Assembly (NCBI GenBank): GCA_963808625.1
Contig: CAWEHK010000044.1
Location: 31,939-95,938 of the forward strand
Origin: an uncultured delta proteobacterium
Lineage (GTDB): Bacteria; Desulfobacterota; Syntrophobacteria; Syntrophobacterales; Syntrophobacteraceae
Direction of reading: 5' to 3'
Length of the DNA stretch: 64,000 nucleotides
Part shown: one piece after another, positions 1 to 8,680 of the stretch
Numbering within the stretch: position 1 is the stretch's first letter
Layout of the letters: the number at the start of each line of letters is the position of its first letter
Translations under genes and position numbers: made by a program
The notes under the pieces: model-generated
Seen by the model: only the letters and a program-made list of their open reading frames with translations
What the model was told of the DNA's origin: nothing
Database searches by the model: none

Positions 1-101
1 GCGGTTCGAGCCGGACACCCGACCATGCGGTGGCAATCAGTAGGCGCTTTCTCAGGCTCGTTGGCCACGTGGTCGGGTGCCGCTCAACCGCAATGTTGGA
101 G
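1..101 (+). mobile_element. integron attC site (5' end cut by window edge)
   Basis: Imperfect palindrome GCGGTTcGAGCcGgACACCCGACCA...TGGTCGGGTGCCGCTCAACCGC followed by R' core GTTGGAG (95-101). Confidence 0.75.
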
Positions 102-112
102 TAAGATAAACG

Positions 113-720
113 ATGAGATACATTCACCAAAGACCTTATCCAAGATTGTTTTATGGATTTTAACTTCTGCAGGGGTATTGGTTGCTGGCTTTCAAGGGCA
201 TTTTCGAGATTCGAAGATCTATTGAGCAGCGGCGAGAAGAAACGAAACAGAAAGAAGATGAGCTAACCCAACGTGAAAAAGAGTTTCGTTGGAAACAGGC
301 AGAAAAGGCTAAAGATGTCTTGGATGAAATCAATCTGGATATCAAATCACATTCTGCATGTCAGATGCTCGATTGGAGTGGTAGAGAATACAAGATAACT
401 GGAATTTATCTGAGCGAATATCCACCGACGAAATGCTTTCGGCAATGAGAATCGACAATCTTGTCTTTGACCAAAAGAAGGCTTCATTAAAGAGGATTAA
501 GCTTATTCGACAAGACGATTCGTCAGCCATTATATTTCATCATCGGTGCGTCAGGTTGATTTCTAATGATGATTCAAGTTGAAGTTGAGGTACTATGTAA
601 ACCTAATGGCAAAAAAGTAAGAATCCGTTTTTTGCTTTTTTGGAGTTCTATAATTACACTGGAACAATTGCTTTTTTTAGTGAATTTAGCCAATGGAAAA
701 ACGCTCCAACAATGCGCTGA
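113..720 (+). pseudogene. AT-rich integron cassette gene, hypothetical membrane-anchored protein (multiply frameshifted)
   Basis: ORF pieces 25-225, 182-448 and 566-868 join into a TM helix (IVLWILTSAGVLVA) plus a coiled-coil region. It lies between core site GTTGGAG and the exactly complementary CTCCAAC. Confidence 0.55.
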
Positions 721-765
721 AGCGGATCGCCGAGAAAGCCGGCGCCCGCTTAGCTACCGTTCGGC
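704..765 (+). mobile_element. integron attC site (62 bp)
   Basis: R'' CTCCAAC, L'' GCTGAAGC / L' GCTTAGC with one extrahelical base, central stem CGCCG...CGGCG, R' GTTCGGC. Confidence 0.8.
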
Positions 766-964
766 TGGAAAAGCTGAAGCTCCGAGTAACAGCTGCCTTC
801 TATCGTATTGTGGGGAAGCAACCGGTCGATTCGAGATATCTCCCTCCTCGAAATATCGACCCTCTTGATTTTTTCAAGGTTCGCGAATCTTACGTTCCCA
901 CTGAGTTGGGAAGCGGGTGGTTCGGAGGAGGAGTTGCCAGCGCTCCCTCCCCCATGACTCCTGA

Positions 965-1055
965 TTATCCGTGTAGGGTCTCAATCGACCTCGTTGCTTC
1001 ACCATCGCTGATCTTCCCGAGATATCGGTGAGTGGTAGAGAGATTCGAATCCTCC
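965..1055 (-). pseudogene. C-terminal remnant of a tyrosine recombinase/integrase
   Basis: Translation SNLSTTHRYLGKISDGEATRSIETLHG resembles the H-x3-TT-x2-Y catalytic-tyrosine box and tail of deltaproteobacterial site-specific integrases. The rest of the gene is absent. Confidence 0.55.
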
Positions 1056-1167
1056 CAATGCTCACTTGCAAGATCCAGCACGCCGCGCTGGCGAGGGTGC
1101 TGGGTCAGGAGGGGGTGACGCCATTCAACGGGATCGCGGCGGGAGGCTAGGGCCACCGGTGTGGAGG

Positions 1168-1260
1168 TGTTCCATGATGGAACACTGTTCGAAAGGCGAA
1201 CAGCGGGCATAAACCGTATTTAAACTCAGTGGTTAAGCAGTACTGTTCGATTAGCGAACA
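1168..1260. promoter_or_regulatory. three palindromic upstream activator sites (TGTTC-N7-GAACA), likely AcoR binding sites
   Basis: TGTTCCATGATGGAACA 1168-1184, TGTTCGAAAGGCGAACA 1186-1202 and TGTTCGATTAGCGAACA 1244-1260, all upstream of a sigma54 promoter. Confidence 0.7.
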
Positions 1261-1416
1261 CTTTGATCTCAAGATTCTGCATCCGAACCGGCTCAACAAA
1301 TGCTGCTCCGGTTCGTCGGGAGCGTTTGCCCCTAGCCCGGAGGCTTGGGCTTCAGAGCGGAAGTAGATCCCGCAGAAATGCCGATTGTCACTTCATGGGG
1401 ATGCAACGATTCCTGC

Positions 1417-1432
1417 TGGCATGTCCTTTGCT
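1417..1432 (+). promoter_or_regulatory. sigma54 (-24/-12) promoter of the aco cluster
   Basis: TGGCATGTCCTTTGCT has the correct GG-N10-GC spacing, ~70 bp upstream of acoC. A sigma54 activator is encoded at the end of the cluster. Confidence 0.8.
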
Positions 1433-1500
1433 TGTTGCAGGGTATACTTGAGCTTTACCCCTTTAACTAATGCAATTACACCTATGGGAGGAATCCACCA

Positions 1501-2835
1501 GTGAGCGTTAATGTCATCATGCCGAAGCTGGGTATGACCATGCAGACGGGAAAAGTGTCCAAATGGTCCAAGAAAGAAGGGGATCAGGTGCAGAAGGGTG
1601 AAGAGCTCTTCGAAGTGGAGACCGAGAAGATTACCAACAAGGTCGAAGCCCCGGCCAGCGGAATCCTCTTCCAGATTGTCGTTCCAGAAGGAGCGACCGT
1701 TCCGGTCGGAGCCATTGTGGCGGTCATTGCGGAACCGGGAGAACAGCCCGAACGGATCGAGGGCATTCAGGTTGGTGAAATTGCCGAGGTTGCGCCGCAA
1801 CCGGCGGGCGGGGCGCCGCCACAGGCCGAAGCCGAGAGGCCGAAGGAGCGAAGCGAAATCGTGGCGACGCCGGCGGCCAAACGTCTGGCCAAGGAACTCG
1901 GTGTGGATCTCGCTCTGGTGAAGGGCACCGGACCCGAGGGGCGCATCAGGGAGGCAGACGTTACGCACTACCACGAGGAAGCCCAACGAAAACCCAAGAT
2001 CACCCCGCTGGCCGAAGAAATCGCAAAACAGGCGGGCCTCGATCTATCCACGATTACGGGAACGGGAGAAGGCGGGAAGATCACCCGGGAGGATGTAGAG
2101 CGTGCCCTGCAGCCCAGGCAACCGGTGGTCGCAGAACCAATGAAACCTGCCATGACGATCCCTTTGGCAGGCATGCGCAAGGCCATTGCCGATAACATGC
2201 ACGCCAGCCTTCAAAACACCGCCCAGTTGAGCATGTTTACCGAGGTGGACGTCACCGAATCCCTGCGCTTGGTGAAGCTCATTCGCGAACAGTACAAGGG
2301 GGATGAAGCAGTCAGGGTCTCCATGAACGACGTCGTCATCCTGGCAACATCGAGGGCTCTCAAGCGCTTCCCCATCATGAACTCGACCCAGCTGGGCAAT
2401 GACATCATCCTGCATGACCGCGTCGGTATGGGAATCGCGGTGGCCCTGCCTGATGGTCTGATCGTGCCGGTGCTGCGGGATGCCGATCAAAAGGGACTTC
2501 TGGAGATTGCCCGCGAGGCGAGAGTGCTCATCGGGAAAGCCCGATCCGGCTCCCTCGGGATGGATGAAGTAACCGGCGGGACCTTCACCATCAGCAACCT
2601 CAGCGCATCGTGCGTGGACGCCTTCACGCCCATCCTGCGGCCCCCTGAAACGGGGATTCTCGGCCTCGGGCGCGTGGTGGAAAAGCCGGTCGTTTATCAG
2701 GGCGCAATAACGGCTCGCTCCATCATGGGACTGAGCCTGACCATCGATCACCGGGTGGTTGACGGCGCCCCTGCCAGCGAATTCCTGCAGTTGCTGGTCC
2801 GCTATCTCGAACAGCCGATGCTCATGTTGACTTGA
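1501..2835 (+). CDS. acoC: dihydrolipoamide acetyltransferase E2 of acetoin dehydrogenase
   Basis: Lipoyl domain (VETEKITN), two subunit-binding domains (ATPAAKRLA..GTGPEGRI; ITPLAEEIA..GTGEGGKI), catalytic DHRVVDGA; acoA/acoB nearby. Confidence 0.9.
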   Translation: MSVNVIMPKLGMTMQTGKVSKWSKKEGDQVQKGEELFEVETEKITNKVEAPASGILFQIVVPEGATVPVGAIVAVIAEPGEQPERIEGIQVGEIAEVAPQPAGGAPPQAEAERPKERSEIVATPAAKRLAKELGVDLALVKGTGPEGRIREADVTHYHEEAQRKPKITPLAEEIAKQAGLDLSTITGTGEGGKITREDVERALQPRQPVVAEPMKPAMTIPLAGMRKAIADNMHASLQNTAQLSMFTEVDVTESLRLVKLIREQYKGDEAVRVSMNDVVILATSRALKRFPIMNSTQLGNDIILHDRVGMGIAVALPDGLIVPVLRDADQKGLLEIAREARVLIGKARSGSLGMDEVTGGTFTISNLSASCVDAFTPILRPPETGILGLGRVVEKPVVYQGAITARSIMGLSLTIDHRVVDGAPASEFLQLLVRYLEQPMLMLT

Positions 2836-2851
2836 TGAGGAGGTGCTTCAT

Positions 2852-4228
2852 ATGTTTGACGTGATTGTGATTGGAGGAGGATCCGGAGGATACGCCGCCG
2901 CGATCAGGGCCGCGCAACTCGGTGGGAAAGTCGCCTTGGTCGAAGCTGCCGAAATGGGTGGTACGTGCGTGAACCGAGGCTGCATTCCGAGCAAGATCTG
3001 GATGCAGGCCGCCTCGCTCCTGCACCAGATGCGCAAGGCGCCCGACTTCGGGATCAAGGCCGCCATCGAGGAAATCGATTTCAAGACCCTGGTCGAGCGG
3101 AAGAACGGCGTTTCGGGAGACATCCGGATGGGGATGGATGCGCTCCTCCAGAACAACGGCGTGCAGGTGGTCCGCGGCCGCGCCGTGTTGAAAAGCCCCC
3201 GGGAAATTGACGTGGAGGGCAGGTTGATCGAAGCCCGCAGGGTTATCATCGCCACGGGGAGCTGCCTCGCCTTTCCCGCCGTGCCCGGTCTCGATGAAGC
3301 CGTGATCACCACCGATCAGGTGTTCGAGATGACGGAAGTCCCATCCTCGATCCTGATCTTTGATTCCGGGTATCTCGAAGTGGAGATGGCCTTTCTCCTG
3401 AACGCCTTCGGTGCGAAGGTAATCCTCGCCGCCGCATCACCGCGCATCCTGCCCCACGAAGATCATGACACCAGCCAGAGGATCACGCAGTCGCTGAGAG
3501 AAAAGGGTGTGGAGGTGATCACCCGTCATACGCTCGAAGCCATCTCAAAGGCTGAACCGGGGGTGGGGTGGTCCTGCCTGCTCGCCGGAGCCAAGGAACG
3601 CACCGTCGAAGTGCAAAAGGTGCTGGTCGCCTCGAGAAAGCCGGCGACCGCCAACATGGGGCTCGAAAAGGTTGGAGTGCAATTGAACGACGATGGCGCA
3701 ATCCCCGTGAACAACCGGCTGGAGACTTCTGCGGAAGGCATTTACGCCATCGGTGACGCCACCGGTGGCCGGATGCTGAGCCATGCCGCGTCTTCTATGG
3801 CGATTACGGCGGCGGAAAACTGCATGGGAAGGGTCAGCGTCTATCCCTTCCACCTGGTTCCTCGCGGCCTGTGGACGTTCCCGGAAGTGGGTGCGGTAGG
3901 CCTTTCCGAAGAGGAAGCGGAAAAGCAGGGAAAGGAAATCGAGGTCGGGAGCTTTCCCTACGCCATCAATGGGCTGGCCATGGCGCGCAACGAAGCGGGG
4001 GGCGCGGTGAAGGTGGTGGCGGGCGCTCAGTACGGGGAAATTCTCGGGGTGCATGTCGTTGGGGCCGGAGCCACGGACCTCGTAGGAGAAGCCGTGCTTG
4101 CCATGCAGCTCGAAGCAACCGTAAACGAGCTTGCCCGCAGTATCCGGGTGCATCCGACTTTTTCCGAAACCGTCGTTGATGCCGCCCGCGACGCGGCAGG
4201 CTGGGCTCTCTATTTGCCGAAACGCTGA
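2852..4228 (+). CDS. lpdA: dihydrolipoamide dehydrogenase (E3)-like flavoprotein with degenerate NAD-binding site
   Basis: FAD motif GGGSGG, redox CVNRGC and C-terminal HPTFSE are intact. The second Rossmann motif reads FDSGYLE. RBS GAGGAGG. Confidence 0.9.
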   Translation: MFDVIVIGGGSGGYAAAIRAAQLGGKVALVEAAEMGGTCVNRGCIPSKIWMQAASLLHQMRKAPDFGIKAAIEEIDFKTLVERKNGVSGDIRMGMDALLQNNGVQVVRGRAVLKSPREIDVEGRLIEARRVIIATGSCLAFPAVPGLDEAVITTDQVFEMTEVPSSILIFDSGYLEVEMAFLLNAFGAKVILAAASPRILPHEDHDTSQRITQSLREKGVEVITRHTLEAISKAEPGVGWSCLLAGAKERTVEVQKVLVASRKPATANMGLEKVGVQLNDDGAIPVNNRLETSAEGIYAIGDATGGRMLSHAASSMAITAAENCMGRVSVYPFHLVPRGLWTFPEVGAVGLSEEEAEKQGKEIEVGSFPYAINGLAMARNEAGGAVKVVAGAQYGEILGVHVVGAGATDLVGEAVLAMQLEATVNELARSIRVHPTFSETVVDAARDAAGWALYLPKR

Positions 4229-4245
4229 TTCAGGCGATGACCCTT

Positions 4246-4727
4246 GGAGACTATCTCAAAGCTGCCTCATATCGTCACCCCGGCTGAAGCCCATGCGGGT
4301 CAACTTAAGCATTTGCTATCTACCCCGAAGGGGTTTCATAAGTCAGCCCAGGGTTAGCGAAAGCGCCACCCTGGGTCAGGAGATGCCATAAACCATCTTA
4401 CCCTGAAGGGGTTACATCAAACAGAGTCATGGCGAGCACCCGGATCTGTTATGAAAAATGCTTTTTATGTAACCCTTTCAGGGTATGGATACTTGTTGTG
4501 CACCCATACCCAGGGTGGCGCTTTCGCTGACCCTGGGCTTACCTATACAACCCCTTCGGGGTAAAAGGGGATGCACCATCCTGATCGTGAAAGACTATGC
4601 GCCTTCCATCGCCTTAAATTGACGCCAATGGGCTGAAGCCGGGGTCCAGAACTCCACGGAAAACCTGGATTCCGGCCTTCGCCGGAATGACGAATGAGAG
4701 CGTCTTGACGATTTTGAGATAGTTTCT
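4246..4727. mobile_element. outer MITE with TIR GAGACTATCTCAAA/TTTGAGATAGTTTC containing an RPE-like hairpin
   Basis: Terminal inverted repeats; a related short copy lies at 20452-20582. Confidence 0.65.
4291..4631. mobile_element. inner 341-bp MITE with 8-bp target-site duplication, carrying REP-like doublets
   Basis: TIR CCATGCGGGTCAACTTAAG / CTTAAATTGACGCCAATGG; GCTGAAGC duplicated at 4283-4290 and 4632-4639; internal ACCCCGAAGGGGT and CCCAGGGT..ACCCTGGG palindromes. Confidence 0.75.
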
Positions 4728-4746
4728 TGGGAGGGAGCAGAACATT

Positions 4747-4890
4747 CTATACTCGTTTGGGTTTCAAATCTGCTTTCTGTAGGAGCGGCACTTTGCCGCG
4801 ACCTTGTTGAAATCGCGCCTCAGAGGCGCTCCTACAGGGAAGTTGTGGCTCCATAACGTGAAACTTCTCAACCTGAACCGGTGTAAAAAG
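4747..4890. repeat. dispersed REP/MITE-like element (GTAGGAGCG...CGCTCCTAC core)
   Basis: Inverted copy at ~17893-18052; related GTAGGAGCGGG hairpin at 27077-27180. Confidence 0.6.
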
Positions 4891-4949
4891 AGGGCTCAAG
4901 AAGGCCGGACGGGCAGGGTACAGAATCAAACCATTTCAGGGCGTTGGAA

Positions 4950-6524
4950 ATGAGCGATACCTCAACTCCACACTTACAGGTTCTGGACTGGGGACTCCTG
5001 GATTACGGGGAGGCCTTGAAGCTCCAGGAAGCTTTGGTTTCCGAACGCATCGCGGGTCTTTCTCACGACCGGTTGGTGCTGGTTGAACATCCCCCGGTGG
5101 TGACCATCGGGCGAAGCGGCAACGCCAAAGACCTGCGGGTATGCGAAGAGGTCCTCAAGCACAAGGGGGCGTCGGTATTCCGTATCGACCGCGGGGGTAT
5201 GGCAACATTCCATGGCCCGGGGCAGCTTGTGGCTTACCCGATTCTCAAGCTCAGGGAAAAGGACCTCCACCGGTATCTGCAAAAGCTCCTCAAGGCGGTT
5301 GCCGAAGTGCTCGAAAGCTATGGCCTGAGTCCCGAAATCGGAAGGCACGGGCAGGGCGTCTGGGTGGGTACGGCAAAGATCGCCAGTGTCGGCATTGCCG
5401 TTCGACGGTGGGTCACCTACCACGGGATGGCGTTAAACGTAAACACCGACCTCGCCTGGTTCGACACCATCAATCCCTGTGGGAACCCGGAGGAAACGAT
5501 CACCTCCCTGGAGCGGGAACTGGGGCGCACGCCGGCCATGGGCGAAGTCAAAGACCGTTTCATCGGCGCTTTCTGCCGGATCTTCGAGTATCCCCTGCGC
5601 CCGGAGGTGCGTCAGGTGACAAGAGATCGCCCTCCCTGGCTGGCTCTTCCGGCGCCGTCTCCGGAAGCCCTGCAGCGCATGGGAGCACTGCTCGGCCGTC
5701 TGCAGTTGGGCACCGTATGCCAGAGTGCCGGATGTCCCAACCTGGGGGAGTGCTTCGGCCGAGGGACCGCCACCTTCATGATCCTGGGCGCGACCTGCAC
5801 CCGGACGTGCCGGTTCTGTGGCGTGAACAAAGGCGTTCCTGGCCTGGTGGACGAAGGCGAGCCCGAGCGCGTGGCGGAGGCCGTTGCGGCACTCGGCATC
5901 AGCCACGCAGTCATCACCTCGGTCACGCGGGATGATCTCCCGGATGGTGGAGCCGAGCAATTTGTAAGGACCATCGAAGTGATCCGCAATGGCTGCCCGG
6001 GTGTGACCATTGAAGTGCTGGTTCCGGATTTCAAGGGGTCTTTGAAGGCGCTTCAAAGGGTCTGTCATGCTCGCCCGGAGGTCTTCAATCACAATGTGGA
6101 GACGGTGGCGCGCCTCTATCCTCATGTTCGGCCGCAAGCCCGGTACCAGAGGTCGCTGCAAATTCTCGAATACGCCGCGAGGGAGGGGTTGGTGGTGAAG
6201 TCCGGAATCATGCTGGGACTTGGTGAGACCGAGCGTGAAATCCTGGAGACGATTGCCGATCTCAGACAAACCGGCTGCTCCCGTCTCACCCTCGGACAGT
6301 ATCTGTCACCGTCAAGAGATCACCTGCCCATAGCCAGGTATGTCTCGCCGGAGGAGTTCGAACGGTGGGCGGCAACGGCACGATCGATGGGGTTTCGGGG
6401 AGTGGCGGCGGGGCCTCTCGTCCGGAGTTCCTATCGTGCCGAGGACATGGGCCTTGCGGCTAAGGGGGCGCCCACAAATAAAGAACTTTCTTTTACCACG
6501 AAGAACACGAAGGCCACGAAGTGA
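4950..6524 (+). CDS. lipA: fused octanoyltransferase LipB-lipoyl synthase LipA
   Basis: N-terminal LipB (EHPPVVTIGR, DRGG.ATFHGPGQLVAYPI, KIASVG, NPCG). C-terminal LipA (CQSAGCPNLGEC, CTRTCRFC, RSSY). Confidence 0.92.
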   Translation: MSDTSTPHLQVLDWGLLDYGEALKLQEALVSERIAGLSHDRLVLVEHPPVVTIGRSGNAKDLRVCEEVLKHKGASVFRIDRGGMATFHGPGQLVAYPILKLREKDLHRYLQKLLKAVAEVLESYGLSPEIGRHGQGVWVGTAKIASVGIAVRRWVTYHGMALNVNTDLAWFDTINPCGNPEETITSLERELGRTPAMGEVKDRFIGAFCRIFEYPLRPEVRQVTRDRPPWLALPAPSPEALQRMGALLGRLQLGTVCQSAGCPNLGECFGRGTATFMILGATCTRTCRFCGVNKGVPGLVDEGEPERVAEAVAALGISHAVITSVTRDDLPDGGAEQFVRTIEVIRNGCPGVTIEVLVPDFKGSLKALQRVCHARPEVFNHNVETVARLYPHVRPQARYQRSLQILEYAAREGLVVKSGIMLGLGETEREILETIADLRQTGCSRLTLGQYLSPSRDHLPIARYVSPEEFERWAATARSMGFRGVAAGPLVRSSYRAEDMGLAAKGAPTNKELSFTTKNTKATK

Positions 6525-6600
6525 TTTCTTCGTGCTCTTCTTTTCTTCGTGGTTCGAAAAAGGGCTGAAATGAGTGCAAGTTGTTTTTGGACAGTGTCTA
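6463..6600. repeat. dispersed MITE-like repeat family A with 9-nt (CACGAAGAA/G) hairpin
   Basis: Near-identical inverted copies at 29857-29980 and 43822-43972. Confidence 0.75.
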
Positions 6601-6747
6601 AGTACAGCACCACATGAATGGGTGTCCGATATCCACCCGTCATGCCCGCGAAGGCGGGCATCCAGGATTCTTCTTCTGGATTCCCGCTAAAAGCATGCGG
6701 GAATGACGTCTTGGGGTAATGGTCACGCTATCCGGTGGTGCTGCACT
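6601..6747. repeat. MITE-like element with RPE-type hairpin
   Basis: Ends AGTACAGCACCAC / GTGGTGCTGCACT with internal GTCATGCCCGCG..GCGGGAATGAC. Relatives at ~20584-20728, 43563-43823 and 53210-53360. Confidence 0.6.
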
Positions 6748-6779
6748 CAGGTATCGTGTTGAGTCAAAGGAGTTAAGTC

Positions 6780-7142
6780 GTGGCAGGAAATCGCTTCATC
6801 GTAGAAATAGGGACGGGCATGGACCTTCATGGTGAAGACGTCACCAAGGCGGCATGCCGTGCCGTCAAGGATGCGATCTCGAGCAGTTGCCTGTGCGGCC
6901 TGGTTGAGATTCTCGGGATTCAGGACCTGCAGGCGGTAGAGGTGGAGATCGTCGTAGCCGTGCCGAGACCCCAGGATGTCGATTTGCATCGGGTAATGGC
7001 CGAAGTCCCCATTGGACGCAAGACCGCGAAGGCCATCGAGGGCGGCATGATGACGCAGGGACTGTGTGTCGCTCAGTTTGCTCCCGATTGCAGTCAGATC
7101 GTGGTGGCCAATGCGGCCGTGACCGTATCCATCAACCGGTAG
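6780..7142 (+). CDS. Lin0512 family protein
   Basis: RFIVEIGTGMDLHGEDVTKAACRAVKDAI...VVANAAVTV signature. Confidence 0.8.
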   Translation: MAGNRFIVEIGTGMDLHGEDVTKAACRAVKDAISSSCLCGLVEILGIQDLQAVEVEIVVAVPRPQDVDLHRVMAEVPIGRKTAKAIEGGMMTQGLCVAQFAPDCSQIVVANAAVTVSINR

Positions 7143-7188
7143 CACTAAAGGTTAGGGTCAGTCACAAGAATCCGGTGCAATTACTTGG

Positions 7189-7445
7189 AGGCTGTCTGAA
7201 AATTCAAATTTTGCGCAAAACTCGAAGGAAAAATCCTCCTTTAGACAAGGGGGGAGGTCGCTCGTTCGCTCGTTCCCAAGCTCCAGCTTGGGAACGTAAG
7301 CAGGGAGCTCCAGCTTCCCGTGCCTGTTGAGTATCAGGTGGTATCTATACGTTCGACGAAGCTGGAGCTTCCAAGCAGATGGGTTCCCAAGCCAGAGCTT
7401 GGGAACCAGCTTTAACCAGCTTTAAGGGGAATTTTCAGACAGCCT
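7189..7445. mobile_element. MITE family B with perfect 17-bp TIR AGGCTGTCTGAAAATTC
   Basis: TIRs at 7189-7205 and 7429-7445, internal GTTCCCAAGCTCCAGCTTGGGAAC hairpins. Copies at 20731-20959, ~45310-45510 and ~50159-50331. Confidence 0.75.
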
Positions 7446-7653
7446 TTCAGTCTGTGGGGCAGGTTTTCCAGCCTGCCACTAGTCTGGCAGGCTTGAAAGC
7501 TTGCCCCACCATCAAGCAGGAAGATGAGTCACTTATTTTTGTGGAACCCCTTACGCAAAGGAGGGACTTGGGAAGACCAGCAGCACATTGCGAAGAGTCG
7601 GAGAGAAACTTCAGGATTTCAGCTCAAGAACATTAAGGTGGAGGAATAAAAAG

Positions 7654-8617
7654 ATGGAAATCAGCAATGAGAAAATGATCGACATGTATACGGTCATGAC
7701 CAGGATTCGAACGTTTGAGAGTCGGGTCGCCGAACTTTTCGCCGCAGGGAAGGTTCCGGGCTTTGTCCATCTTTATGTCGGCGAGGAAGCGGTGGCGACA
7801 GGCGTGTGCGGCAATCTCCGCAACTCAGACTACATCACCAGCACCCACCGCGGCCACGGGCATCTGATCGCCAAAGGGGGCGACACGAAGCTGATGATGG
7901 CCGAGCTCTTTGGCAGGAAGACCGGGTATTGCAAGGGCAAAGGCGGATCGATGCACATTGCCGACCGCGACCTGGGGATTCTCGGCGCCAATGGCATTGT
8001 CGGTGCGGGGCCTCCGCTTGCCGCCGGCGCTGCCCTGGCGTGCCAATATCAGGGGAAGGACGATGTGGCGATCTGCTTCTTTGGTGACGGGGCATCGAAC
8101 CAGGGGACGACCCATGAGGCCATGAATCTGGCCAGCTGCTGGAAACTGCCGGTCGTCTTTGTCAACGAAAACAACCTTTACGGCATCTCCTCGTGCACCA
8201 TCAACTCCATGTGCATCCCGAACATCGCGGACCGGGCCAGCGCTTACGACATGCCGGGTGTTACGGTGGACGGGAACGACGTCATGGCCGTGTATGAGGC
8301 GGCCCAGGAGGCGATCAAGCGCGCCCGACAGGGACAGGGACCAACGCTGATCGAGTGCAAGACCTACCGCCACCGGGGCCACTTCGAGGGTGATCCCTGT
8401 GTGTACCGGAACACGAAAGAGCTCGACGAATGGAAAGAGAAAGACCCGATTCCCCGCTTCGAGCAGCGACTCGTTGACCTGCGGCGTGCTGACCCCGGAA
8501 AGAATCGAGGCCATCAAGGACGCCATGAAGAACGAAATCGTGGCTGCGGAGCGTTTTGCTGAAGAGAGCCCCTATCCGGCGGTGGCCGAGATCATGGATG
8601 ACGTTTACACCGTGTAG
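7654..8617 (+). CDS. acoA: acetoin dehydrogenase E1 alpha (TPP-dependent); 1-nt frameshift near 8485
   Basis: PGFVHLYVGEEA, STHRGHGH, GDGASNQG, TYRHRGHFEGD. C-terminus continues in ORF 8390-8617. Confidence 0.9.
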
Positions 8618-8680
8618 GCGGGAAACTCAGCGTGCAGGCATTTCCCTGATAGTTCATTCCATCCAAAGGAGGATGACAAT

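Noticed and set aside
1030..1060. TTCGAATCC resembling a tRNA T-loop
   Set aside because: No cloverleaf; it lies in the integrase-remnant reading frame.
4320..4563. Autonomous IS200/IS605 element
   Set aside because: Only the palindromic REP-like ends are present; no tnpA ORF.
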